24,000 nucleotides of DNA from Chitinophagaceae bacterium (GTDB lineage: Bacteria; Bacteroidota; Bacteroidia; Chitinophagales; Chitinophagaceae). The DNA lies in NCBI GenBank assembly GCA_046329665.1, contig JAXLUG010000020.1, positions 32,805-56,804 of the forward strand, given 5' to 3'. The position numbers were made by a program, and so were the translations under genes. The notes under the pieces are model-generated. The model saw nothing but the letters and a program-made list of their open reading frames with translations, did no database searches and was not told the origin of the DNA. The first letter of the stretch is position 1; each line of letters opens with the position of its first letter. Below, piece after piece: positions 1 to 8,295 of the stretch.

Positions 1-356
1 CTATAGCCATAGCTGGCAGCTGCATATTCGAGGTTCTGGATAAAGGCCCCGATCGACAGGATGGTCTCTCTTTGTAAGGGGTCGACAGCCGGAAGCCATT
101 TTGTTTTATCATTCGTAATTATCCAGTGATAAGGTTCAATATATTTTATGATCCAGGGCTGTGTGTTGTGCCCGCTGGGGGCCAGTGAGGCAAGGTAAAG
201 TATCTCTTTCTCATCCGGTTTCAGGGGAAACATGCTTTGGCTTTCCTGGTTTATATCTGTCCGGACGAAATTCCTTTTATCACTCAGCAGGTAAGCAGTG
301 CCTGCGGTTACGGCAACGGTGGCGCCGGCGTATTTTAGAAATTTTCTTCTGTCCAT
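1..356 (-). CDS. Nitroreductase-family protein with twin-arginine (Tat) signal; partial, 3' end lies outside the window
   Basis: Absent from the ORF track because it runs off the window edge. The reverse complement from the ATG at 356-354 reads MDRRKFLKYAGATVAVTAGTAYLL (RRxFLK Tat motif), then LASLAPSGHNTQPWII, typical of the nitroreductase fold. The frame stays open to position 1. Confidence 0.7.
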   Translation of the reverse strand, partial: MDRRKFLKYAGATVAVTAGTAYLLSDKRNFVRTDINQESQSMFPLKPDEKEILYLASLAPSGHNTQPWIIKYIEPYHWIITNDKTKWLPAVDPLQRETILSIGAFIQNLEYAAASYGY

Positions 357-370
357 TTTCTTTGTTTTTA

Positions 371-415
371 CAAAACTGCCAAACAGTTCAACACTATTTT
401 TTTACAAATGATAAA
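371..415 (-). promoter_or_regulatory. Promoter with 16-nt box TTTATCATTTGTAAAA (400-415) placed 21 nt upstream of -7-like box CAGTTTTG (371-378); copy 1 of 3
   Basis: The 16-mer is identical at 400-415, 1898-1913 and 2361-2376. The distance to a nAnnTTTG box is the same in all three. It lies 44 nt upstream of the ATG at 356. Confidence 0.5.
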
Positions 416-426
416 TAAAGCGGCTG

Positions 427-1173
427 TCAGGCAGCCCGTTTAGGTATCCAGATAGACCGGAAATCACGGTAAAAGCACAATACCAGGTAAGGCATGATCA
501 TGCACAAAGTGATCCATAGCAGCGAAAACAGGGGAAAATGCTTTTCATCTGTTGTGATGACAAGCCCGATCGTTCTTATTACCGTATGGACGATAGCCGG
601 GCTCCACACCGTATTATTTCCTTTTTCAAAAAGAAAGGCCAGCGGTACCGCACTGGCTCCGGCAAGTAATGTTGATAATAATGCCACCGGCCAGCTCATA
701 TAAGCGAATAAAAGAAGGTGGGCCATTGTAAAGAAGATGGCCGCGTTGATAGCGGCTTTGCGGAAATCCTGTTTTTGACGTAAGCCCCCGAACAGGTAAC
801 CACGGAATAAGATTTCTTCGGTGAGTCCCCCGGTCAGGAAAAGACCTGCCAGGTTCAGCAGCCAGTCTTTTGCAAGGAATAGTTCTGCATGCAGAAAAGC
901 GCCTAACAAGGGGTACGAAAGCAGAAGTGCAGTGGCCAGCACCAGCCCTGGCAAAAGATCCTTCCGTGTTGCCGTGCCCGCCCCTGTTTTTTTTGCTAAG
1001 TCCGGCCACCTGTCGCCTTTGCGCCATACACATACTAAGAGTGTACCGGCTACCACCAGCGATGTTATCATCGCATTGAGCACATAGGGCAGCCCGGCAA
1101 CAAGCAGCCCGGTAAAGTGCATCACCAGGAACACGGCAAAGAAGGTGATATAGCGGTTCTGCCGGCGGCTCAT
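427..1173 (-). CDS. CPBP-family intramembrane glutamic endopeptidase (CAAX protease-like)
   Basis: Multi-pass membrane protein with the EEILFRGYLFGGL (EExxxR) and FFTMAHLL motifs. I prefer the internal start MSRRQNRY at 1173, which forms an ATGA overlap with the stop of the upstream gene, over the track start at 1269. Confidence 0.75.
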   Translation of the reverse strand: MSRRQNRYITFFAVFLVMHFTGLLVAGLPYVLNAMITSLVVAGTLLVCVWRKGDRWPDLAKKTGAGTATRKDLLPGLVLATALLLSYPLLGAFLHAELFLAKDWLLNLAGLFLTGGLTEEILFRGYLFGGLRQKQDFRKAAINAAIFFTMAHLLLFAYMSWPVALLSTLLAGASAVPLAFLFEKGNNTVWSPAIVHTVIRTIGLVITTDEKHFPLFSLLWITLCMIMPYLVLCFYRDFRSIWIPKRAA

Positions 1174-1847
1174 TTTGCAAGAAGGGTTTTTTGTTTTGAT
1201 CTTCTGTATTCCTTTGTTAGCCGGTATATGGCATAAATGCCCGGGATCATTGGCAGTACGGCTGTCCACATTCCGGAAAAATAGTACCGCCCTGTTGTTT
1301 TATAATAGTAGTTGGGCATATCCGCCACTTCAATTCCATGGATCGTTTCAGTTACTTTGCTGATGTTTGCAGGCTCGATGTGCGGTGTTATGACCGGGAA
1401 AATGAAATGGGTGAATTCGGCAACACCCGGTCCTATAAAGATAAACCAGGCTACAAAACCCGCCAGCGGAACCCTGTAGTACAACCCAAGTGTGGTTAAC
1501 GTATAGATCACAGGTCCGATCATCATGAATACAAGCAGGAAACCTTTTTCGGTCCAGGGAATATTGAAAATCCTGGACATGGCCGGCCCGAAGCCGGTGA
1601 AATATTCTTCCACCATATGAACCTGCAGTGCCGCCACTGTAAGTACGAAAACCGGTAAGATGATTTTCGGGTCCGTCGGCTTCTTCAGGTAAGTAAAATA
1701 CCAGAAGATAAACCCGATGACAGCAGAACTGCCGATGATGATGACAGGTGGCCAGCCAACTTTAATATAGCCAACGACCGGGGCCACGATACAGATGGCA
1801 GTGGCGGCGGCGAGGCTTGCTTTTTGAGTGAGGGTGAACTGTTGCAT
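1170..1847 (-). CDS. HXXEE-domain membrane protein
   Basis: 225 aa polytopic membrane protein carrying HMVEEY (HXXEE motif). Translationally coupled to the downstream CPBP gene. Confidence 0.65.
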   Translation of the reverse strand: MQQFTLTQKASLAAATAICIVAPVVGYIKVGWPPVIIIGSSAVIGFIFWYFTYLKKPTDPKIILPVFVLTVAALQVHMVEEYFTGFGPAMSRIFNIPWTEKGFLLVFMMIGPVIYTLTTLGLYYRVPLAGFVAWFIFIGPGVAEFTHFIFPVITPHIEPANISKVTETIHGIEVADMPNYYYKTTGRYYFSGMWTAVLPMIPGIYAIYRLTKEYRRSKQKTLLAK

Positions 1848-1868
1848 AGTAAAATTGTTTTAATGCTG

Positions 1869-1913
1869 CAAAACTCAAGTGTGGCAAGGGCATATCATTT
1901 TACAAATGATAAA
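1869..1913 (-). promoter_or_regulatory. Promoter with 16-nt box TTTATCATTTGTAAAA (1898-1913) placed 21 nt upstream of -7-like box GAGTTTTG (1869-1876); copy 2 of 3
   Basis: Same 16-mer and same spacing as copies 1 and 3. Lies upstream of the ATG at 1847. Confidence 0.5.
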
Positions 1914-2011
1914 AAAGCAGCTGCGGAATATGCCGGCGGAAAAAAAATCCCGCTTCCGTGTACAGAAGCGGGATCATTTCATAACATCTTTCAGGATACC
2001 GAAAGGCCCGG

Positions 2012-2302
2012 CTATCTCCGGGCAGGGGCAATGTCTTTGTACTTCATGAGCATTGTTTCAAACTGACCGGTGTTGACCGGGTTGTGGATCTTTAATGTGG
2101 CCGGCGGGTATTTTACCAGCATCTCCACAGGCCTTACGGGCCGTTTTTCGAAACCTCCGCCGCAATTAGGGCAAACATTTTGCAAAACGTTCTCTGCACA
2201 CGCTGCACAAAATGTGCATTCAAATGAGCATATCATGGCTCCTTCGTCATCAGGAGGAAGCGGTTTCCCGCAATGTTCACAAACGGGTCTTATCTGAAGC
2301 AT
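2012..2302 (-). CDS. DUF1272-like Cys-rich (zinc-ribbon type) protein
   Basis: 96 aa containing CEHCGKPLP...ICSFECTFCAAC...CPNCGGGFEKRP, the pattern I associate with DUF1272. Confidence 0.7.
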   Translation of the reverse strand: MLQIRPVCEHCGKPLPPDDEGAMICSFECTFCAACAENVLQNVCPNCGGGFEKRPVRPVEMLVKYPPATLKIHNPVNTGQFETMLMKYKDIAPARR

Positions 2303-2331
2303 AAGTATATTTTTTAGAAACTGATTTCCGG

Positions 2332-2376
2332 CAAATCTACCCCGTGCATACCGCCGTCTTTTTTACAAATGATAAA
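2332..2376 (-). promoter_or_regulatory. Promoter with 16-nt box TTTATCATTTGTAAAA (2361-2376) placed 21 nt upstream of a perfect -7 box TAGATTTG (2332-2339); copy 3 of 3
   Basis: Same 16-mer and same spacing as copies 1 and 2. Sits between the stop of the Crp/Fnr gene (2380) and the DUF1272 ATG (2302). Confidence 0.55.
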
Positions 2377-2379
2377 TAC

Positions 2380-2943
2380 TTAGCGGCTGGCCCTGATCCG
2401 GCTCAACGACACCTGGGTTATACCGAGGTAATTGGCCAGGTCGCCAAGGCTGATCCTTTGCAGAAGGGCGCCATTGTCTTTCAGGAAGTGATCATATCTT
2501 TCCGTGGCGTTTTCCTCGAGCATCTCACTTATCCGTTTCATCATATTGATAGTGGCAACAGATAATAGTTTCCTGTAAGCCGTTTCAATACGGTGATGCT
2601 TCCTGCATAACGCATCAAGATCGGCCTTTGCCAGGCAGGTCACTGTTGTATCTTCCAGGGCCATGATCTCATACACGGATGGTGTTTGTGTTTCAAAGCT
2701 GTTGAGCACAGTGAACAGGGTATGTTCCGGGAAGAACCGCATGATGAATTCTTTATCACCTGTTGAAAAAAAGGTCTTGGTAAGGCCTTTGTCAATAAAG
2801 TAAAGCCTTTTACAGGTCTCCCCGTTTCGAAGCAGCATCGCACCTTTCCCGTACGACTTTACCGTTAAAACCTGCCGCAGTTCATCTTCGGCCGTTTCGC
2901 TGAGGCCGCTGAGGTGCTTAAAGACGGATACAAAATCTGTCAT
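2380..2943 (-). CDS. Crp/Fnr-family transcriptional regulator (cNMP-binding-like domain plus C-terminal HTH)
   Basis: 187 aa. The N-terminal beta-roll region reads KGAMLLRNGETCKRLYFIDKGL. The C-terminal HTH reads LGDLANYLGITQVSLSRIR. Confidence 0.8.
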   Translation of the reverse strand: MTDFVSVFKHLSGLSETAEDELRQVLTVKSYGKGAMLLRNGETCKRLYFIDKGLTKTFFSTGDKEFIMRFFPEHTLFTVLNSFETQTPSVYEIMALEDTTVTCLAKADLDALCRKHHRIETAYRKLLSVATINMMKRISEMLEENATERYDHFLKDNGALLQRISLGDLANYLGITQVSLSRIRASR

Positions 2944-3056
2944 ATCAACTGGCCGGTCTGAACCGGATTCAATAAAATAATTATATCAGATGAAGGTAAC
3001 GATTAGCCCTGATACGTGATTCTTTGACAACCCCGGGAAACACATGGCTGTACCCA

Positions 3057-4100
3057 TCATTCAATGACCAGGTCAGCAAATTTTATCATCGTTCTGTTAC
3101 CGGTGTAGGCTATGCGTATGATATTCCGGCTGTCAAGTATAACGGCAGGATAGCTGTATTCCCCTTCTTCGTGGTCTTCCAGCGAAAGCAGATCGCTCCA
3201 GGTCCGGCCATTGTTGGATACAGCGGCTCTTAACACCGAGCGGCCTTCCCACCAGTTGGTACCGGGAAGCATGGGATTGTAAACAAGCAGTTGCCATCCG
3301 TTAGGCAGTGATACTGCATCAATTCCTGCATTAGGATTTGGCAGGCTAAGTGCAGTAAGGGGCGACCAGGAACGTCCGCCGTCAAACGACCATGTTTCGA
3401 TGATTCGCTTTTGCCGGCTGCGGCAAAGCAATTGAAGCGTATCCCCTCCATATTGCAGAATGGCCGGCTGTATCACATCAAAACTGTCGCAAGCAACGAG
3501 GATGTACCGGCGGTTATTACCCGCTGCATCTGTACTTTCCAGGTGTATCTTCCAGCTTTTTTCACCCTGCCCTTCTGTACTGGAGGGGCAGAGCACCGTA
3601 CCATTTTGTAACTGTACCGGCTTATTCCGCACGGGACCTAAAAACGGAGGCGGAAGTGCAACAGCGGAAGACCAGGTCTTTCCTCCATTGCGGGATATTT
3701 TTCTTTCCCCCCGCCATTCCCTAGGATTTCTGCCCACTTTATAATAAAGGAACAGAACACCGGAACTGTTCCTGAATAACACAGGATTCCAGCAGGCCAG
3801 GGGTCTGCCGGCAGTGTCCTTCCCGGTTGCGAGAAGGAATACCGGGCCCCACTGTTCTTTTTGATTCGTATAGCGAAAACATCCCCAGACGGCTACATTG
3901 CCGGCGCCCTCATAGTCTCCGCCAAACCAGGCATACAGCAGGGTGTCTTTACCCGTTTCGGCAAGGGTGGCAGCGTGACAACTCTTAAAAGGCGGGTCAT
4001 GGAAAATACGGCCCGAATCGATAAGACGGACAGCAGGCTGAGCTGAGGCAACCTGCATTGCGCAGGAAAATAACAGGAGCAGTATGAATTTATTTTTCAA
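3057..4100 (-). CDS. Secreted BNR/Asp-box repeat protein, sialidase (exo-alpha-sialidase)-like fold
   Basis: Signal peptide MKNKFILLLLFSCAMQVASAQ. Asp-box-like repeats SRNGGKTWS, SFDGGRSWS and SNNGRTWS. The start codon at 4100-4098 is TTG, which the track shows as M. Confidence 0.7.
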   Translation of the reverse strand: MKNKFILLLLFSCAMQVASAQPAVRLIDSGRIFHDPPFKSCHAATLAETGKDTLLYAWFGGDYEGAGNVAVWGCFRYTNQKEQWGPVFLLATGKDTAGRPLACWNPVLFRNSSGVLFLYYKVGRNPREWRGERKISRNGGKTWSSAVALPPPFLGPVRNKPVQLQNGTVLCPSSTEGQGEKSWKIHLESTDAAGNNRRYILVACDSFDVIQPAILQYGGDTLQLLCRSRQKRIIETWSFDGGRSWSPLTALSLPNPNAGIDAVSLPNGWQLLVYNPMLPGTNWWEGRSVLRAAVSNNGRTWSDLLSLEDHEEGEYSYPAVILDSRNIIRIAYTGNRTMIKFADLVIE

Positions 4101-4303
4101 CCTGTTTGATTTACCCTGTTACCGGCAGACCCGGGCAGTTGGTCCGACCCGTTGCCGGTACAGCAGTAGTTAAGATAGGATTTAATACGATGGAACCATA
4201 TGGATGCGGTATCGTTGATGATCACCTTTTTTCAGGCTAAAAAAAATTCGGAACCTGAGCAGTTAACGAGTATTTTTGCAGCCCTAATTGTATTTCGGAA
4301 TAC

Positions 4304-4391
4304 GGAGACCTGCTCGAGTGGTTGAAGAGGCACGCCTGGAAAGTGTGTATACCCCCAAAGGGTATCGAGGGTTCGAATCCCTCGGTCTCCG
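4304..4391 (+). tRNA. tRNA-Ser, anticodon GGA
   Basis: Acceptor stem GGAGACC/GGTCTCC. Anticodon stem CACGC/GTGTG with loop CTGGAAA. Long variable arm (TATACCC...GGGTATC). T arm GAGGG-TTCGAATC-CCTCG. Discriminator G. CCA is not encoded. A TATTTTTG -7 box lies at 4271-4278. Confidence 0.9.
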
Positions 4392-4397
4392 CTCTTA

Positions 4398-4430
4398 CCC
4401 TCCAAGCTTAAGCGATGGAGGGTTTTTCTT
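4398..4430 (+). terminator. Rho-independent terminator after tRNA-Ser
   Basis: Stem CCCTCCA (4398-4404) pairs with TGGAGGG (4416-4422), followed by TTTTTCTTT. Confidence 0.55.
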
Positions 4431-4514
4431 TCAGGCTAATACTTAAACAGCTCTTTCTTCTTCACCACATCATTTACCATCCTTCCTTCATACCCGATTT
4501 TTGGAGAGCCTGCA

Positions 4515-4973
4515 CTACCAGTTATTTGCCTGGTCCGTATTTAATCGTTCAGATACGTCTGCCGGCTGGTGCTCTTTCCATTGGGGGTCGTATTTCACAA
4601 ACCAGGATATCCAGAGGCTGCGGCTCAGCCGCATGAGCCAGGGCTGGAGCATAAAAAGAAAGACCGCATTAAAGATCAGCCAGTAAAAAAACCGGTTATC
4701 GTTGGTCGACATGCCGATGATAAGGTACCAGGCGATCAGCGTGGCCACACTCAGGGCGATCGTCATCGCATAACTTACATAACTGGTGCCATAGTAGAAC
4801 CCTACTTCTATTTCCGTAGCCTGTCCGCACACAGGACAATTCTTGTTCATCTCCATCGTTCTTTTGAACCGGTAACTGACGGGATATTTGAATAGTTTTC
4901 CTTCCCTGCACCGCGGGCAACGGCAGCCGATGGCGGAAGCGAAATAGCCCCGGTGTTTTGTTTCTGCTGACAT
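4515..4973 (-). CDS. DUF983-like membrane protein with N-terminal Cys4 zinc-ribbon
   Basis: CPRCREGKLF...CPVCGQ, followed by two TM helices. Last gene of the 5729-to-4515 unit, starting 2 nt after the thioredoxin stop. Confidence 0.65.
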   Translation of the reverse strand: MSAETKHRGYFASAIGCRCPRCREGKLFKYPVSYRFKRTMEMNKNCPVCGQATEIEVGFYYGTSYVSYAMTIALSVATLIAWYLIIGMSTNDNRFFYWLIFNAVFLFMLQPWLMRLSRSLWISWFVKYDPQWKEHQPADVSERLNTDQANNW

Positions 4974-4974
4974 A

Positions 4975-5298
4975 TTAATTGCTGGTTATATGCTGGTCAA
5001 TGATCCGCTCCAGGGAGGCGGCCTGTATCACACCCGACTGCCGCCAAAGCTGTTTTCCTTTCTGAAAAAGCAACAGTGTGGGAACACTCTGCACCTGAAA
5101 TGCATGAGCGGCAGCGGGGCTTTGGTCGATATCGATCTTGATGATGCGGAGTTTATTTCCTTTCCGCTGATGCAGTTCATCAAGCACCGGTTTCATCACC
5201 CTGCAGGGGCCACACCAGGTAGCCGTAAAGTCTACCAGTACCGGTACCTCTCCGTTGATGAGCTCACCAAAACTTTCCTTTTTATTGTTTGCTGTCAT
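4975..5298 (-). CDS. Thioredoxin (WCGPC)
   Basis: 107 aa with VLVDFTATWCGPCRVMKPVL and a ...SVPTLLLF... thioredoxin fold signature. Confidence 0.9.
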   Translation of the reverse strand: MTANNKKESFGELINGEVPVLVDFTATWCGPCRVMKPVLDELHQRKGNKLRIIKIDIDQSPAAAHAFQVQSVPTLLLFQKGKQLWRQSGVIQAASLERIIDQHITSN

Positions 5299-5503
5299 TT
5301 TGTTTCGTTTCTTTTCTGAACATGCTGAACAACAGCCCGCCCATCAGTGCCCCGTAGGCTGTTGAGCGATGCCACTTCGAAGTGATCATACAGGTGCCAT
5401 TGCTGCATCCCACCTGCTGCCAGTACAAATAACCGCCCAGGGCCCCGATCAGCACACCAGCGATCGTCCATTTATTTTTCAGCACCCAATTCTTCATATT
5501 CAA
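5282..5503 (-). CDS. Small two-helix membrane protein with GCSNGTC motif (DUF6132-like)
   Basis: 73 aa reading IAGVLIGALGGYLYWQQVGCSNGTCMITS...YGALMGGLLF. Overlaps both neighbours (17 nt with trx, 26-32 nt with the upstream gene). Confidence 0.55.
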   Translation of the reverse strand: MNMKNWVLKNKWTIAGVLIGALGGYLYWQQVGCSNGTCMITSKWHRSTAYGALMGGLLFSMFRKETKQNDSKQ

Positions 5504-5729
5504 TAGTATCCGTTTCTTTTATCGTGCCGGGTCGTTGCGGTGCGTAACAGTTACCGCCTGCACAGCAAACCCCGTCTGTGAACAAAGCAAATAGTGTAAA
5601 CAAGGCCCCCAGTACTATACCGGGCACATGGTGCTCTGTAATGGATGAGGACAAAATTAAGATACCCAGCACAACCCGGATGATCTTTAATACGGTCCAG
5701 CCGCTTTTTAACCTGTCTGTCAGCACCAT
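5472..5729 (-). CDS. Small membrane protein with CCAGGNC motif (possibly a YgaP/DUF2892-like two-helix domain)
   Basis: 85 aa reading LKIIRVVLGILILSS...GIVLGALFTLFALFTDGVCCAGGNCY. First gene after an operator-bearing promoter. Confidence 0.5.
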   Translation of the reverse strand: MVLTDRLKSGWTVLKIIRVVLGILILSSSITEHHVPGIVLGALFTLFALFTDGVCCAGGNCYAPQRPGTIKETDTIEYEELGAEK

Positions 5730-5745
5730 AATTGTGTATTTGAAG

Positions 5746-5789
5746 CAAATTTCTGATTCCGGCGGTGGCCTGCGGGTGACTATTGTTAC
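5746..5789 (-). promoter_or_regulatory. Operator-promoter 1: site GTAACAATAGTCAC (5776-5789, 1 mismatch), 22 nt, then -7 box GAAATTTG (5746-5753)
   Basis: Member of the eight-site phased set. About 12 nt of predicted leader before the ATG at 5729. Confidence 0.55.
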
Positions 5790-5798
5790 AAACTGCTC

Positions 5799-6827
5799 CT
5801 AATAGCTCATTTCATCCAGCTTTACCTTTCCTTTAAAGGTCCAGAAAACAAAACTGGTGTATACGCCAACGAGCGGGGTGCCGATCAGGGCGATCAGCAG
5901 CAGTGTCTTCATGGTCCTGGGCGAAGAAGCGGCATTTTGCACGGTGATGCTGTTGGCGATATTGTTCCTGGCATACACAAGTTGCGGGAATACCTCCACG
6001 GCCACAGCGGCCAGCAGGGAGGCAATGGTGACTGCGGAACTGATAAAAGCAAAACGGTAATTGCCTTTTTTAAGCTGCCGCGGAATATTGGCAATGGCCA
6101 GTAACATTAGGGCCGGCAGCACAAAGTAAGCAGGGTTACTTCTTATCCTGTCGCTGAGATGCGGAATATATAACAACGTGTAAAGTGTGGTGAGGCTGAA
6201 TGTGACCAGGAAGAAAACGGTGAAGTTCTTTGCCAGGATGGTGAGCCTGGTGTACAGGCGGTTCTCTGTTTTCATGGCCAGGTAAATGGCGCCATGCATC
6301 ATGAACAACGCCAGGGTGGTGACAGCCACCAGTATCGAAAACGGATTAAAGAAGGTGAGCAGGTTGCCGGTGAATTCTTTCTGTTCATTGAGCGGCAGTC
6401 CCGCTGCAATATTACCAAGCATCAGGCCCAGTGACAAGGTAACCACGATACAGGCGAAGGAATAGATGAAGTCCCATGTCATGCGCCATTTTTTACCAGG
6501 CTCTTTGCTCCTGAATTCGATCGCCACCGCCCTCCATATAAGCCCGATCAGAAAGATCATGACCGGGAGGTAAAAAGCGGAGAAGATAGCCGCATAAGCA
6601 ACGGGGAAGCCGGCAAACAAGGCGCCGCCCCCGATCACCAGCCATACTTCGTTACCATCCCATACCGGGCCGATGGCATTCAGGGCAATCCGGCGGCTGG
6701 TTTCTTTGCGGAGAAAAAGATGCAGGGCCCCGGCACCCAGATCGAAACCATCCAGGATAGCATACCCTGTAATGACTGCGCCAAACACCAGGAACCATAA
6801 CGTGTTATAATCAATGCCAAGGAACAT
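5799..6827 (-). CDS. cydB: Cytochrome bd ubiquinol oxidase subunit II
   Basis: 342 aa polytopic protein. The N-terminus LWFLVFGAVITGYAILDGFDLGAG and later WDGNEVWL are CydB hallmarks. It begins 2 nt after the cydA stop. Confidence 0.9.
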   Translation of the reverse strand: MFLGIDYNTLWFLVFGAVITGYAILDGFDLGAGALHLFLRKETSRRIALNAIGPVWDGNEVWLVIGGGALFAGFPVAYAAIFSAFYLPVMIFLIGLIWRAVAIEFRSKEPGKKWRMTWDFIYSFACIVVTLSLGLMLGNIAAGLPLNEQKEFTGNLLTFFNPFSILVAVTTLALFMMHGAIYLAMKTENRLYTRLTILAKNFTVFFLVTFSLTTLYTLLYIPHLSDRIRSNPAYFVLPALMLLAIANIPRQLKKGNYRFAFISSAVTIASLLAAVAVEVFPQLVYARNNIANSITVQNAASSPRTMKTLLLIALIGTPLVGVYTSFVFWTFKGKVKLDEMSY

Positions 6828-6829
6828 AG

Positions 6830-8218
6830 TTATTGTGATGAAGTGTTCATGAATGGGTTTTGTCTTCTGCTGGTTGCGTCTTCTTCCGCCGCTGCTGCCT
6901 GCAGCACGGGGCCGTGTTTTATTTTTTTATTCAGCAGGTAAAGAAAAAGGACAAACAGCGTGGCATACACCAGGGTGAAAAGGATCAGTGATGTGAGTAC
7001 CTGTTCGGCCTTTACCGTGGCAGACAGTGCATCGGATGTACGCAGCAGGCCATACACCACCCAGGGCTGTCTTCCCATTTCTGCGGCAAACCATCCGGCC
7101 TGGTTGGCGATCTGTGGCAGCAATACCGCCCAGACAAATACGATCATCAGCCACTTTTTATCAAACAGTTTTCCTCTTCTCCATTGCCAGGCTGCATACA
7201 GGGTTAATATGATCAGTGCAATGCCAATGGCCACCATGAGGTGATAGAACTGGAATACCGCATTTACCTGTGGTGGTGTGGTATCAGCGGCAAAGGCATT
7301 CAGCCCGGTAACGGGGGCATAAAAATCACCATGAAGTAAAAAGCTTAAGCCGCCGGGGATCCGGATACCGGCCGTGTGCTGCTCTTTTTTACTGACCCAG
7401 CCCAGTATATACATATCCGCCGCACCGGTACTATCGAAATGACCTTCCATAGCCGCCATCTTGGCCGGTTGATTTTTTGCGACCCCTTCTGCACTGCGGT
7501 GACCGAGAAACAACTGTGCCAGGGAAAAAACAATTCCCACCGCCAGGGCGATCCGGAAGGAAGGTTTGGCGATCTCCAGGTGTTTCTTTTTAAGAATGTA
7601 CCAGGCATTCACACTCATCACCAGGAAGGCACCGGCAAGAAAGGCGCCCGTCCATACATGCAGGAGCCGGTCCACACTGGAAGGATTGAAAACCATCTGC
7701 CAGAAATCGGTGATCTCGGCCCGGGCCTGCATGCCTTCACCAACGATATGAAAACCGGAAGGCGTTTGCTGCCAGCTGTTGGCCACCACGATCCATACGG
7801 CGCTGAACAAGGAACCTAGGAATACCATCAGTGCCGAAAAGAAATGAACTTTCGGGCTCACCCTTTTCCAGCCAAAGAGCAGGATACCGAGGAAACCGCT
7901 TTCGAGTGCAAAAGCAAAAATGCCTTCTGCAGCAAGGGCGCTGCCGAAAATATCACCGACATACCGGGAGTAAGTGGCCCAGTTGGTGCCGAATTCAAAT
8001 TCCATGATGATGCCGGTGGCAACCCCTAACCCGAAAACAAGGGCAAAGATCCGGATCCAGAACCGGGTCATATCCTCGTACATCTTTTTCCCGGTTTTCA
8101 GGTAAAGACCTTCCATGATCACAATGATGAGCCCAAGACCGATACTTAATGGAGGATAGATGTAATGAAATGAAATGGTGAAAGCAAATTGCAGGCGGGA
8201 TAATATCTCGGTATCCAT
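6830..8218 (-). CDS. cydA: Cytochrome bd ubiquinol oxidase subunit I (short Q-loop size class, 462 aa)
   Basis: The start is taken at MDTEILSRLQFAFTISFHYIYPPLSIG (ATG 8218). The track's extra 38 aa N-terminal extension has no CydA-like sequence. GRQPWVVYGLLRT lies near the C-terminus. Confidence 0.9.
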   Translation of the reverse strand: MDTEILSRLQFAFTISFHYIYPPLSIGLGLIIVIMEGLYLKTGKKMYEDMTRFWIRIFALVFGLGVATGIIMEFEFGTNWATYSRYVGDIFGSALAAEGIFAFALESGFLGILLFGWKRVSPKVHFFSALMVFLGSLFSAVWIVVANSWQQTPSGFHIVGEGMQARAEITDFWQMVFNPSSVDRLLHVWTGAFLAGAFLVMSVNAWYILKKKHLEIAKPSFRIALAVGIVFSLAQLFLGHRSAEGVAKNQPAKMAAMEGHFDSTGAADMYILGWVSKKEQHTAGIRIPGGLSFLLHGDFYAPVTGLNAFAADTTPPQVNAVFQFYHLMVAIGIALIILTLYAAWQWRRGKLFDKKWLMIVFVWAVLLPQIANQAGWFAAEMGRQPWVVYGLLRTSDALSATVKAEQVLTSLILFTLVYATLFVLFLYLLNKKIKHGPVLQAAAAEEDATSRRQNPFMNTSSQ

Positions 8219-8295
8219 GTCAGTTGTTTCTGTAATGTTATGCGCAGCAAGGCCCGGAACACAACTGCCTTTTCCGGCAGTATCGTTTCCGGAAA

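Noticed and set aside
126-139. Operator look-alikes with one mismatch inside coding DNA: GTGATAAGGTTCAA at 126-139 and GTGATAACGTTCAA at 17796-17809. A few GTGA-N6-TCAG and TCAT cases occur in cydA and sqr.
   Set aside because: Several one-mismatch matches are expected by chance in 24 kb. None has a TAnnTTTG-like box 22 nt away or a start codon downstream.
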